A stretch of DNA of 64,000 bases. Origin: Candidatus Gastranaerophilales bacterium. GTDB taxonomy: Bacteria; Cyanobacteriota; Vampirovibrionia; Gastranaerophilales; Gastranaerophilaceae. The notes below the pieces were generated by a model, which was not told where the DNA came from, did no database searches, and saw nothing but the letters and a program-made list of their open reading frames with translations. Location: NCBI GenBank assembly GCA_947587615.1, contig CANPYC010000005.1:12853-76852 (forward strand). Direction: 5' to 3'. Positions 1-8,162 of this stretch are shown here, piece by piece. Within the stretch, counting starts at the first letter, position 1. Every line of letters begins with the position of its first letter. The position numbers were made by a program, and so were the translations under genes.

Positions 1-230
1 TAAGTATAATATTTTTTTTATTTTTTTCATACTTTATTAAAAAATCATTTTTTATTTGTTCATAGGCGCTTGACATGTCTTTTTCAAAAACTCCTGCATG
101 CAAATTAATTTAAGGCTTTAAAATATGAAAAAAATTAAAAAACTTGCTTTATAAATAGGTGATACATAATTATAACTTTAGTTTAGCATAGTTTTAAAAG
201 ATAAAATCATATATATTATTTATCCGCCCC

Positions 231-270
231 AAAAAATATAATAAAATATAATAAAATATAATAAAATATA
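231..270. repeat. AT-only 10-bp tandem repeat (ATAAAATATA, three perfect copies plus one imperfect) immediately 3' of proA
   Basis: Read directly: aaaaaatata ataaaatata ataaaatata ataaaatata. Confidence 0.8.
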
Positions 271-277
271 TGTAAAA

Positions 278-1528
278 TTATATGTATTTATGCTTAAATA
301 CTTTCTCGCCCGTTGCATAAGGAGCAACAGTATCGTTTTTTCCATACAACTTATATTTATAAATCGTTAAACCATCTAAACCGACAGGGCCTCTTGCATG
401 GGTTTTATTTGTTGAAATACCGACTTCCGCACCAAAACCATACCGAAAACCGTCTGAAAATCTTGTTGAACAATTTGAAAAAACGGAAGATGAATCAACA
501 TAATTCATAAATTTTTCAATGTTTTCTTTATTGTTTGATATTATTGCATCCGTATGACCTGACCCGTATTTATTAATATGCTCGATTGCAGTTTCAACGC
601 TATCAACAAGTTTTATAGAGAGTTTTTTTGCTCCATATTCAATATCCCACTGTATCGGGTTTTCATCTATTTCAACACCCGCTTCAATTAGCGCATTTTT
701 TAAATTTTCAAAATAGGGGTAGTTTTTGTGGATTAATAAAGTTTCAACAGCATTACAAGCACTCGGATATTGAGTTTTAGCGTCAAGTATAATATCAAGA
801 GTATGGTTAAAATCGGCATTTTCATCCGTAAATATATGACAAATACCCGATGAATGCCCTAAAACGGGAATTTTTGTATTTTCTTTAATATATTTAACAA
901 GCTTATTAGAGCCTCTTGGGATGATGAGGTTAATATATTCATCATAAGAGAGCATTTTATTAATATCTTCTCTTGAATAAACAAGGCTTATTGCGTTTTT
1001 TGGAAAGTCTTTTGTTTCATCAAGTGCTTCATCAACCAGAAGCGAAAAAAGCGTATTAGTGTTCATTGCTTCACTTCCGCCTTTTAAAATTCCGCAATTG
1101 CCTGATTTTATAATTAAAGAAGCAATTTGAATAAAGCAATCGGGTCTTGCTTCAAAAATTACCCCGATAACCCCAATCGGGCAGGATATTTTTTTTAAAA
1201 TTAAATTATCATCAAGCTCTTTTTGCCAGATGGTTTTATTAACAGGGTCATCAAGTTTAATTAAATCATCAAGACCTTTAATTAAATCTCTTAATTTTGC
1301 TTCGTTTATTTTAAGGCGTTCAAAAGCGGCTTGATTAATTGTGCCTTCAACCAGAAGGGTTTTGGCGTTTTCAACATCCCTTTGATTTGCTTCAAATATT
1401 CTTTTTTTATTCTGCTCAATTTTTTTTGCAATATTAAAAAGCGCTTGATTTTTAATTGAATTATCAAGTGTCATTGTTTTAATAAATGCGTTTTTAGCGT
1501 TTTTTACAATACTTTCTATATCAATCAT
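278..1528 (-). CDS. proA: gamma-glutamyl phosphate reductase
   Basis: 416-aa ORF with ProA-type motifs (GSGHTDAII, NCSTRFSDGFRYGFGAEVGISTNKTHARGPVG). There is a 1-nt gap to proB. Confidence 0.95.
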   Translation of the reverse strand: MIDIESIVKNAKNAFIKTMTLDNSIKNQALFNIAKKIEQNKKRIFEANQRDVENAKTLLVEGTINQAAFERLKINEAKLRDLIKGLDDLIKLDDPVNKTIWQKELDDNLILKKISCPIGVIGVIFEARPDCFIQIASLIIKSGNCGILKGGSEAMNTNTLFSLLVDEALDETKDFPKNAISLVYSREDINKMLSYDEYINLIIPRGSNKLVKYIKENTKIPVLGHSSGICHIFTDENADFNHTLDIILDAKTQYPSACNAVETLLIHKNYPYFENLKNALIEAGVEIDENPIQWDIEYGAKKLSIKLVDSVETAIEHINKYGSGHTDAIISNNKENIEKFMNYVDSSSVFSNCSTRFSDGFRYGFGAEVGISTNKTHARGPVGLDGLTIYKYKLYGKNDTVAPYATGEKVFKHKYI

Positions 1529-1529
1529 T

Positions 1530-2636
1530 TTAAATTACTACCAGATTATCTTTAATAACTACATCATCATCAAATTTATATCCTAAAACTTCTTCAATTT
1601 TATCGGAGTGTAAGCCCTTAATTTTTTCAATATCGGATGAACTATAACTTGCAATTCCTCTTGCAAATTCGCTGTTGTTTGTATCATAAATTGATATTAT
1701 TTCACCTCTTTGAAAATTTCCTTGAACTTTAACTATGCCGATTGAAAGAAGGCTTTTTTGTTTATCGACTATTGCGCTCTTTGCTCCCTCATTTACGGTT
1801 ATTGAACCCATAATATTTGTTGCATAAGCTATCCAGCGTTTTTTATGAGAAAGAGTTTTTGTCGGAAGAAAAAGCGTACCCGTATTTTTGTCAAATATTT
1901 TTCTTATAATATTTGGTGTTTTTCCGTTAACGATTTTTGCATATAACCCGCTTGAAGTTGCAACTTTAGCTCCAATAAGTTTTGTTATCATACCGCCTCT
2001 ACCGCCCTTAGAGGCGCCTTGCGCCAATTTTTCAATTTTTGGTGTTACTTTTTCAACACATCTTATTAATTTAGCGTCATCAAATTCTTTAGGGTTTTTA
2101 TCATACAACCCTTCAATATCTGATACCATTACAAGTAAATCAGCGTCAAGTTTGGATGCTACAATGGATGATAATTTATCGTTATCCGAAAAACTGGCAT
2201 GTTCTAATTCGGATGGTGATACTGCGTCATTTTGGTTAATTATCGGAATTACTTTATTTTCAAGTAATTTATGAAGGGTTAATCTTAAAGATAAATATTT
2301 TTTTCTGTTTGCAAAATCTTCTTCAACAAGTAAAAGCTGCGCTGTTGTAATTCCGTATTTTTCAAACCCGTCTTGCCAAATACTCATTAGCATTGGTTGA
2401 CCTACACTTGCTGCAGCTTGTTTTAGAGTGGTTGACAGCGATGTATCAATCCCCAGTTTTTTGGCGCCTAAACCGACAGCGCCCGAAGTTACAATTAAAA
2501 TTTCCTTGCCTTGTTTATATAAATAAGCTAAATCTTCAATAAAAGAATATAGATGAGCTAAAGAAATTTCCCCGTATTCATTTCTTAAAATATTTGTTCC
2601 AAACTTAAAAACAATTCTTTTTGAATTTTCTATCAT
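1530..2636 (-). CDS. proB: glutamate 5-kinase with C-terminal PUA-like domain
   Basis: 368-aa ORF with an amino-acid kinase N-terminus (RIVFKFGTN, VTSGAVGLG). Its ATG overlaps the ald stop codon as ATGA. Confidence 0.95.
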   Translation of the reverse strand: MIENSKRIVFKFGTNILRNEYGEISLAHLYSFIEDLAYLYKQGKEILIVTSGAVGLGAKKLGIDTSLSTTLKQAAASVGQPMLMSIWQDGFEKYGITTAQLLLVEEDFANRKKYLSLRLTLHKLLENKVIPIINQNDAVSPSELEHASFSDNDKLSSIVASKLDADLLVMVSDIEGLYDKNPKEFDDAKLIRCVEKVTPKIEKLAQGASKGGRGGMITKLIGAKVATSSGLYAKIVNGKTPNIIRKIFDKNTGTLFLPTKTLSHKKRWIAYATNIMGSITVNEGAKSAIVDKQKSLLSIGIVKVQGNFQRGEIISIYDTNNSEFARGIASYSSSDIEKIKGLHSDKIEEVLGYKFDDDVVIKDNLVVI

Positions 2637-3769
2637 TTTAATTTAAAACCCACCAAAAGCTCGATTTGCGTATATTCAAGATTTAAAGATTGTGCAACGG
2701 CCTGATTTGTGATTTCACCGTTAAAAGTATTAACACCGTTTGATAAATCGTGATTTTCTTTAATTGCTTCAATCAAACCCAACTCGCCTAGCGATTTTAA
2801 ATAAGGATATATTGCATAAGAATAAGCATAAGAAGCGGTTTTTGGAACTGCTGAGGGAATGTTCGGTATAGCACAATGCAATACGCCGTATTTTTCATAG
2901 AAAGGTTCTTGAAGGGTTGTGGGTTTATCTGTTGTTTCGACGTTTCCGCCCTGATCAATTGCAACATCAACTATAACAGACCCTTTTTTCATCTTTTGAA
3001 CTATCTCTTTTGAAATAATTTTAGGAGCACAATGCGAGTGCATTAAAACGCTTGTTATGAGTAAATCTGCCTTTGGAACTTCCTGCTCAAGTTTTGCAGG
3101 GTTTGAATAATGAGTTTTAATTGATGTACCGTAAATCCCGTCTATTTGAACAAGTTTTTTAGGGTTAATATCAAATATGGAAACATCAGCCCCCATACCG
3201 ATTGCAATTTGAGCTGCATTAAAACCTACAACCCCTGCGCCTATTATAATAACTTTACCCGGTTGAACCCCCGGAACTCCTGACAACAATACACCCGAGC
3301 CTCCAAAGTTACTTTCTAAAAAGCGAGAACCGATTTGAACGGCAAGCCTTCCTGCAACTTCTGACATAGGAGTTAATAAAGGCAGTTGTCCGTCGTCTGT
3401 TTCAACCGATTCTGAGGCAATAGTGGTCACTTTTTTTGTAAGAAGTGCTTTTGTTAAATCAGGCGCAATTGCAAGATGAAGATAAGAAAATATTATTAAA
3501 TCCGCTCTAAAATATTGATATTCGCTCTGTTGCGGTTCTTTAACCTTAACTATTACTTTTGAATTTTCCCAAACATCTTTTGCGTTTGCTGCAACAATAG
3601 CGCCCGCTTTAATGTAATCATCATCCGAAAAACCGCTGTTAATTCCTGCTCCCGATTCAATTATAACGCTTAAATCAGCACCCGTTAACATTGCAGTTAC
3701 ATCAGGTGTCAGAGCAACTCTTGTTTCGCCTTCTTTTAATTCTTTTACAACACCAAAGTTATATTTCAT
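2633..3769 (-). CDS. ald: L-alanine dehydrogenase
   Basis: 378-aa ORF colinear with bacterial AlaDH (ETRVALTP, LLTPMSEVAGR, GAGVVG Rossmann loop, VDVAIDQGG). SD-like GTGAGG lies upstream. Confidence 0.9.
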   Translation of the reverse strand: MKYNFGVVKELKEGETRVALTPDVTAMLTGADLSVIIESGAGINSGFSDDDYIKAGAIVAANAKDVWENSKVIVKVKEPQQSEYQYFRADLIIFSYLHLAIAPDLTKALLTKKVTTIASESVETDDGQLPLLTPMSEVAGRLAVQIGSRFLESNFGGSGVLLSGVPGVQPGKVIIIGAGVVGFNAAQIAIGMGADVSIFDINPKKLVQIDGIYGTSIKTHYSNPAKLEQEVPKADLLITSVLMHSHCAPKIISKEIVQKMKKGSVIVDVAIDQGGNVETTDKPTTLQEPFYEKYGVLHCAIPNIPSAVPKTASYAYSYAIYPYLKSLGELGLIEAIKENHDLSNGVNTFNGEITNQAVAQSLNLEYTQIELLVGFKLK

Positions 3770-3791
3770 ATCGCCTCACTTTTTAAGTTTG

Positions 3792-3820
3792 ATTTTATCA
3801 TTGTAAAAAAAATATTTCAA
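3792..3820 (-). promoter_or_regulatory. putative sigma70-type promoter of ald-proB-proA
   Basis: On the minus strand: TTGAAA (3815-3820), 17-nt spacer, TAAAAT (3792-3797). This lies about 25 nt upstream of the ald ATG. Confidence 0.4.
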
Positions 3821-4166
3821 TTGAGTATTAAAGTTCATAACATATAGAATGTTTGGCTGCTTTGTTGAATGGTTATCAAGAAGTGATGATGGTTGTTTTG
3901 ATGTTATTAGCGAGGGCAGAAAAAGCAATGCAAAACAACAATTAAAAATGTTATATAACGATTGATTGAGCTAAATTCAAAGAAGGCGGACTAAAGCCCG
4001 GTTCTTCAACCCTTCATATCGTTATAAGAACAAGGGAGAACAAAGGAGGAACAAGAAAGAGGAATTGAGCGTGTGAAAATATTAGCGAATGTATGCTTGA
4101 GCCAAGATATAAGCCGTGGGATTGGCTTAGATTCGCCAAGCTCTAAGTTTTAAAACCCGCAAGTTA

Positions 4167-4293
4167 GTTTAGGATGGCAGACTAAAATCTACCCTACTGT
4201 TGAACCCTCACTAATGATGTGGCGGTAAGGGTAGTTTTGGGATGGTAGACTAAAGTCTACCCTACTGTTGAACCCTCGCTAATGATGTGGCGG
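4167..4293. repeat. two tandem copies (4167-4225, 4234-4293) of a ~60-nt hairpin-containing module; further copies at 3985-4013 (divergent) and 4338-4373 (truncated)
   Basis: Direct reading of the shared string GTTT(T)RGGATGGYAGACTAAARTCTACCCTACTGTTGAACCCTCRCTAATGATGTGGCGG. The core palindrome GGTAGACT-AA-AGTCTACC is at 4244-4261. Confidence 0.85.
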
Positions 4294-4304
4294 GTAAGCC
4301 GTAG

Positions 4305-4328
4305 GGTGGACTTCAGTCCACCGTTTTT
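4305..4328 (+). terminator. intrinsic terminator
   Basis: GGTGGA-CTTCAG-TCCACC stem-loop followed by G-TTTTT. A T-run follows the hairpin only on the plus strand. Confidence 0.65.
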
Positions 4329-4520
4329 CAAGGTTTAGTTTTAGGATAGCAGACTAAAGTCTACCCTGCTGTTAATATCAATGAAGACAAGTGTTCTAAG
4401 GTTTGAGATTGCCATACTGCCGCTCGCAACGACAAATAGAAAACAAGCACAAATACACACCCAAAAACAAAAAAATCTAAATTCAACCAAAACTCAACCC
4501 CAAGCCCACAACACCATTCA

Positions 4521-4871
4521 TTATTTCTTTTTTGTCGCTGCGATTTTTGCAATTGTTTCATTAACTTCTTTTTGCATTTGAACTTGAATTTGCCTGATTT
4601 TTTCTATCCCGTCTTTTAAAGGCGCACCGGGGTCGCCAACAGGGTTAATATTTGTTCCTATCAAACTATCTTTAATTCTTTGAATATCATCTTCCGCACT
4701 TTTAATAATTATTAAAACCTTTTCCACTTCTTCATCACTGAAGCCGATTGCATATAATTTTGCGGTAATTTCAAGTTTAAGATCGCTTCTTTTTTCGTTA
4801 ATTTGTTCCGTTTTGGTTTTTTCTTTTTTTTCTTCGTTATTCTTTTTTATAAATCTGTTAAATAAATCCAT
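4521..4871 (-). CDS. hypothetical small charged protein (116 aa), co-operonic with the radical SAM gene
   Basis: ORF with an AGAGGT SD 21 nt after the upstream stop. Lys/Glu-rich N-terminus. No motif recognised. Confidence 0.6.
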   Translation of the reverse strand: MDLFNRFIKKNNEEKKEKTKTEQINEKRSDLKLEITAKLYAIGFSDEEVEKVLIIIKSAEDDIQRIKDSLIGTNINPVGDPGAPLKDGIEKIRQIQVQMQKEVNETIAKIAATKKK

Positions 4872-4892
4872 ATTATTACCTCTGTATTATAT

Positions 4893-6707
4893 CTACAACT
4901 TAACGCTATAATTTTTAACCCAATCAAGCCCGTATTTATCTATGTACAAAAAGAGCCATTCACGATATCTTAAATACATCCAAAGAGGATTGTTATAATA
5001 CTGAAAACATTTTGCCTTACACTCTTCAACAATTTTATTAACCTCGGTTTTATTCATTCCGATACATTCAAACTCAATATTAGGACTGAATTCATATTCC
5101 GCTTCATAAATTTTTGTTATTCCGTATTTTTCCGGTTCATCCGCAATTTTAGCATGACGCCCCATTGTAAATACGCTTCTGCCGTAAGAATTAATAACTT
5201 CATGGTTATTTATTATCATATCAATTGTTTCTCTTGCGTCATCAGGCGTTTCAAGAGGATAGCCGAAAAATATAAAAGCAAAATTCCAAATACCATATTT
5301 ATTGGCTGCTTTTAAAATATCAAATCTTTTATCTAAATCAATTCCTTTGTTAATAGACTCCATTATCTTTTTAGAGCCCGATTCCAAGCCCCACATAACC
5401 ATCTTTAAGCCTGCTTTTGAAGCATGTTCAAAAATTTCTTCGCAAAATGCACTCTCAAGTCTTGCGTCACAAAAGAATTTAGGATTTATATCCGTTTCAA
5501 GCAATTTTTTTGAAAATTCGCTTAAATATGTTGGTGAAACCGATTCATCAATAAATTCATAATGAGTTATATTGTATTTTTCCTTAAGCTCACGCATTTC
5601 AATAATTACTTTATCAATGTTTTTAACATTGAACTCTTGCCCGAAGTCCTGATCGCAAAAAGAACATTTACCCCAATAACACCCTCTTGAAGTCTGATAA
5701 GGCATTGTAATTATAGGAGTGAAATATTTTTTTAAATCATAATCATCAAGATTAACGTTTTCCATCTTATTCAAGCGAACGGGAATCATCTGGAACGTTT
5801 CATAAGATTTTGAATTATCAAAATATATTAAATTAGAAACTTTTTCAATTTTTATTTCTTTATTAATAAATTTTGCAAGCTCTAATATCGGACCTTCTCC
5901 TTCTTCAATTGAAATTGAGTCGCAAAATATATTAAATTCAGGTCTTTTTATAATATCTTCTTTTATTCTTCCAAAGAAATTTCCCCCGATATTAACATGT
6001 GCTTTTGTATTCTTTTTTAATAAATATGCTAATGTAAGCCCTGCAATTAATTGACTTGAAGAATTAAGAGAAATTGCACACAGGGAATAGTTTTGAGTTT
6101 TGATTTCATCAGCTTTTGCTTTTAGATAATCCCAAAAAACATTAGATTTTTTATCAAAAACAAAGTGCTTAATCGACTCAAAATTAAACTTCATAAAAGG
6201 ATTATAACAGCTGTCAAATTCAAGGTGCGTCGGAGAGTAAGCAAGAGAAATCAAATCAAGCGATTTATCAATATTATTAAGAGCTCTTATAAGATAATTA
6301 GGTGTAAAAAATTTATCTTCAGATCTTAAAACCCCTTTTGCCATCTCTATTAAGCTTGGAAGAAGTCGTGTTTGCGTGTCGTTTTTTTCAATAAATTTTT
6401 TAATTTTTGAAAATTTATATATATCGCACTTTTGCTCAAGAGTGTAGTCCTCTTCTTTTTTATTTTTGGAATAAATCCCTCTTATTTGCTGAAAAAGCTC
6501 TACATAATCTTTTTTAATTTTGTCGATTATAAAATTAAGATAATCACTTGTTAAAATATGATTATAAAATTCTATGTTTAAATCAAGTGAATGAGCGCTA
6601 TAGCCATTGTTTTTCAACTGTCCCATTAAAGAAGCCATGGCAAAATGCGGACTTATAGGTGTCCATTGCGGCGGAAAAAGTAAAAGGATTTTTTTATCTT
6701 TTGACAT
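4893..6707 (-). CDS. B12-binding-domain radical SAM protein
   Basis: 604-aa ORF with a B12-binding-like N-terminus (KILLLFPPQW). The Cys cluster SRGCYWGKCSFCD has CX4CX2C spacing as read. Confidence 0.8.
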   Translation of the reverse strand: MSKDKKILLLFPPQWTPISPHFAMASLMGQLKNNGYSAHSLDLNIEFYNHILTSDYLNFIIDKIKKDYVELFQQIRGIYSKNKKEEDYTLEQKCDIYKFSKIKKFIEKNDTQTRLLPSLIEMAKGVLRSEDKFFTPNYLIRALNNIDKSLDLISLAYSPTHLEFDSCYNPFMKFNFESIKHFVFDKKSNVFWDYLKAKADEIKTQNYSLCAISLNSSSQLIAGLTLAYLLKKNTKAHVNIGGNFFGRIKEDIIKRPEFNIFCDSISIEEGEGPILELAKFINKEIKIEKVSNLIYFDNSKSYETFQMIPVRLNKMENVNLDDYDLKKYFTPIITMPYQTSRGCYWGKCSFCDQDFGQEFNVKNIDKVIIEMRELKEKYNITHYEFIDESVSPTYLSEFSKKLLETDINPKFFCDARLESAFCEEIFEHASKAGLKMVMWGLESGSKKIMESINKGIDLDKRFDILKAANKYGIWNFAFIFFGYPLETPDDARETIDMIINNHEVINSYGRSVFTMGRHAKIADEPEKYGITKIYEAEYEFSPNIEFECIGMNKTEVNKIVEECKAKCFQYYNNPLWMYLRYREWLFLYIDKYGLDWVKNYSVKL

Positions 6708-6840
6708 ATCAGCTTATACTCACATATAAACTAATTATACAACAAATGTTAACAAATGTAAATTTTTTTAATGCTTTTGCAATTATTTAAAAGTTAAATA
6801 CTTTATATATACATAAGTAATAAAGAAAAGAGGTATTATT

Positions 6841-8013
6841 ATGGAATTAAAATTACCCGAATTACATATCACAACTGCATCGGCACCGGCAGCAGCACCC
6901 GTAAGCGCACCGGCGATAAATACAACTCCCGCTTTTAATAATACACAAACTTACACAAATACGGCAGCTCAAACCTACTCGGCTCCTCAAACAAGCCCGA
7001 GTTTAACTAACTATCAAACATTATCCACAACTACAACTCAGCCAAGCACAACTTTAAACAGTGCAAGCTTAGTAAAAAACGATATATCAATTCACACAAC
7101 ATCCCCTGATGAAGAAGAAAAGAAAACAGAAAAAAAGAAACTTACACCGGAAGAAATACAAAAAAAATATAATGAAATTACTCAAGATTTAAATAAATCA
7201 GGCATTAAAACAACCCAACTGAATAACGCTGAAGAAGCAAATTTCGGCGATTATGGCGCAGCTTTATCGGATGATCTTAAACAAGAAATTTTAGACAGCT
7301 ATGACACTGAAGCGGATTATCAAATACAATCAACTCTTGCAGGTCTTTACACAAGCAAAAGCGTAATGAATACAGACGAATTTATGGCAGCAGCAAGAGA
7401 AATGGGCTACGTTGTCGAAATTAACTATGTTGGCACAAGCTATATCGCTGATAATAAAGCAGACGGACACTACGATAAAGATATTACAAACGGCGCAATC
7501 GGCGTATTAACAATTACAGACCCTTCAACGGGCGGTGAAATAAAAATCGCAGACGCTAACGGAAACGGCGCAATTGAATCCGAAGAATTGTTTATGAATG
7601 AAATTCTTGAAGGTGTAAGCGCTAATATTGACACTACTCAATTCGCTAAAGCTGTTGCCGCAGCCAATGCCGTTGGAACAATTGACGAATCATCCGCAGT
7701 TGCTAACGCAATCGGTAACGATAAATTTGAAGCTATCATAGACGAATACAAAGACAGACTTGATGAAATTGAAGAAGAAATCGACAGAGCAGAAGAAGCA
7801 AAAGCTCGTCAGGAAGAAATAGACACTCAGAAAGAAAAACAAGGTCTGAAGAAGATTTCAGCTTCAAGATACAGCCAGCTTGTTGAAGAAGAGATGGAAA
7901 AATGGCTCGATAAAGAACTTGGCGAAGACGCAACAGAAGAAGAAAGAGCAGAATATATCGAAGAAGCCGCAAGACACGCTAATAAAGTAATATCAAAGAA
8001 ATATACAGTATAG
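6841..8013 (+). CDS. hypothetical protein: Ala/Pro/Thr-rich N-terminus, one canonical EF-hand loop, acidic coiled-coil C-terminus
   Basis: 390-aa ORF with a good SD (AAGAGGT). EF-hand loop DANGNGAIESEE is at nt 7552-7587. A strong terminator follows. Confidence 0.7.
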   Translation: MELKLPELHITTASAPAAAPVSAPAINTTPAFNNTQTYTNTAAQTYSAPQTSPSLTNYQTLSTTTTQPSTTLNSASLVKNDISIHTTSPDEEEKKTEKKKLTPEEIQKKYNEITQDLNKSGIKTTQLNNAEEANFGDYGAALSDDLKQEILDSYDTEADYQIQSTLAGLYTSKSVMNTDEFMAAAREMGYVVEINYVGTSYIADNKADGHYDKDITNGAIGVLTITDPSTGGEIKIADANGNGAIESEELFMNEILEGVSANIDTTQFAKAVAAANAVGTIDESSAVANAIGNDKFEAIIDEYKDRLDEIEEEIDRAEEAKARQEEIDTQKEKQGLKKISASRYSQLVEEEMEKWLDKELGEDATEEERAEYIEEAARHANKVISKKYTV

Positions 8014-8046
8014 CTATCAAGATTATAAATACAATATTACAAAATC

Positions 8047-8075
8047 AAAACCCCTGTACCAAGCAGGGGTTTTTA
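8047..8075 (+). terminator. intrinsic terminator (A-run before, T-run after; potentially bidirectional)
   Basis: AAAACCCCTG-taccaag-CAGGGGTTTTT. Confidence 0.8.
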
Positions 8076-8092
8076 ATGTTAAATAATGAACT

Positions 8093-8118
8093 AAAAAAGA
8101 GGATTTAAAAATCCTCTT
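8093..8118 (-). terminator. intrinsic terminator of the 8163-8444 gene
   Basis: AAGAGGATTT/AAATCCTCTT palindrome, followed on the minus strand by TTTTTT. Confidence 0.7.
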
Positions 8119-8162
8119 TATAAAAAATCAAATATAAACGATATCATTTGATTTTATCAATT

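Larger units (their letters stand above)
3857..4328 (+). ncRNA. candidate structured non-coding RNA of unknown class, containing repeated hairpin modules
   Basis: GC-rich ORF-free island. Putative promoter is TTGAGT(3821-3826)-18 nt-TAGAAT(3845-3850) and an intrinsic terminator sits at 4305-4328. Long-range complementarity occurs at 3906-3916/4273-4283 and 3954-3962/4018-4026. The hairpin modules are repeated. The 5' end is a guess. Confidence 0.35.

Noticed and set aside
1-30. A possible minus-strand gene start at 28-30 (MKKIKKILYL...) running off the left edge.
   Set aside because: Only 10 codons are visible, and Lys-rich starts are trivial in this composition. It cannot be supported from this window.
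3857-4328. A CsrB/RsmZ-like CsrA-sponge RNA. There are many GGA motifs (AAGGGAG, AAGGAGGAA, GAGGAA, TGGGAT, TAGGAT...) and csrA is present in the genome.
   Set aside because: I counted about 10 GGA in about 470 nt, against about 7-8 expected from the local base composition, so there is no real enrichment. Only one or two sit in hairpin loops. The conserved loop of the repeated module is ACUAAAG, not GGA.
4167-4373. A possible mini CRISPR array. The repeats begin GTTTTAGG/GTTTTGGG, reminiscent of type II repeat starts, and recur three times.
   Set aside because: The would-be spacers are themselves nearly identical between copies (CCTCRCTAATGATGTGGCGG). Spacing is irregular (67 nt, then about 104 nt). 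No cas, tracrRNA-like or TnpB/IscB gene lies in the window. It behaves as a duplicated ~60-nt module, not as repeat-spacer units.
3770-4520. A known RNA: RNase P RNA, tmRNA, SRP RNA, a T-box leader for ald-proBA, or an integron attC array.
   Set aside because: No GGAAAGTCCGGGC/ACAGAACCCGGCTTA-type P4 pair that would base-pair. No tRNA-like GGTTCGAATCC...CCA end or tag ORF. No T-box AANNNGGGTGGTACCGCG sequence. ald has its own promoter about 25 nt from its ATG. There are no cassette ORFs between the palindromes. The internal duplication also argues against the single-copy housekeeping RNAs.
4361-4581. Two 66-aa ORFs (4361-4561 minus, 4381-4581 plus) inside the intergenic island.
   Set aside because: They are mutually antisense and one runs into the 3' end of the 116-aa gene. 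They have no SD, and their low-complexity translation is driven by the CA-rich/GT-rich tract. I consider them spurious.
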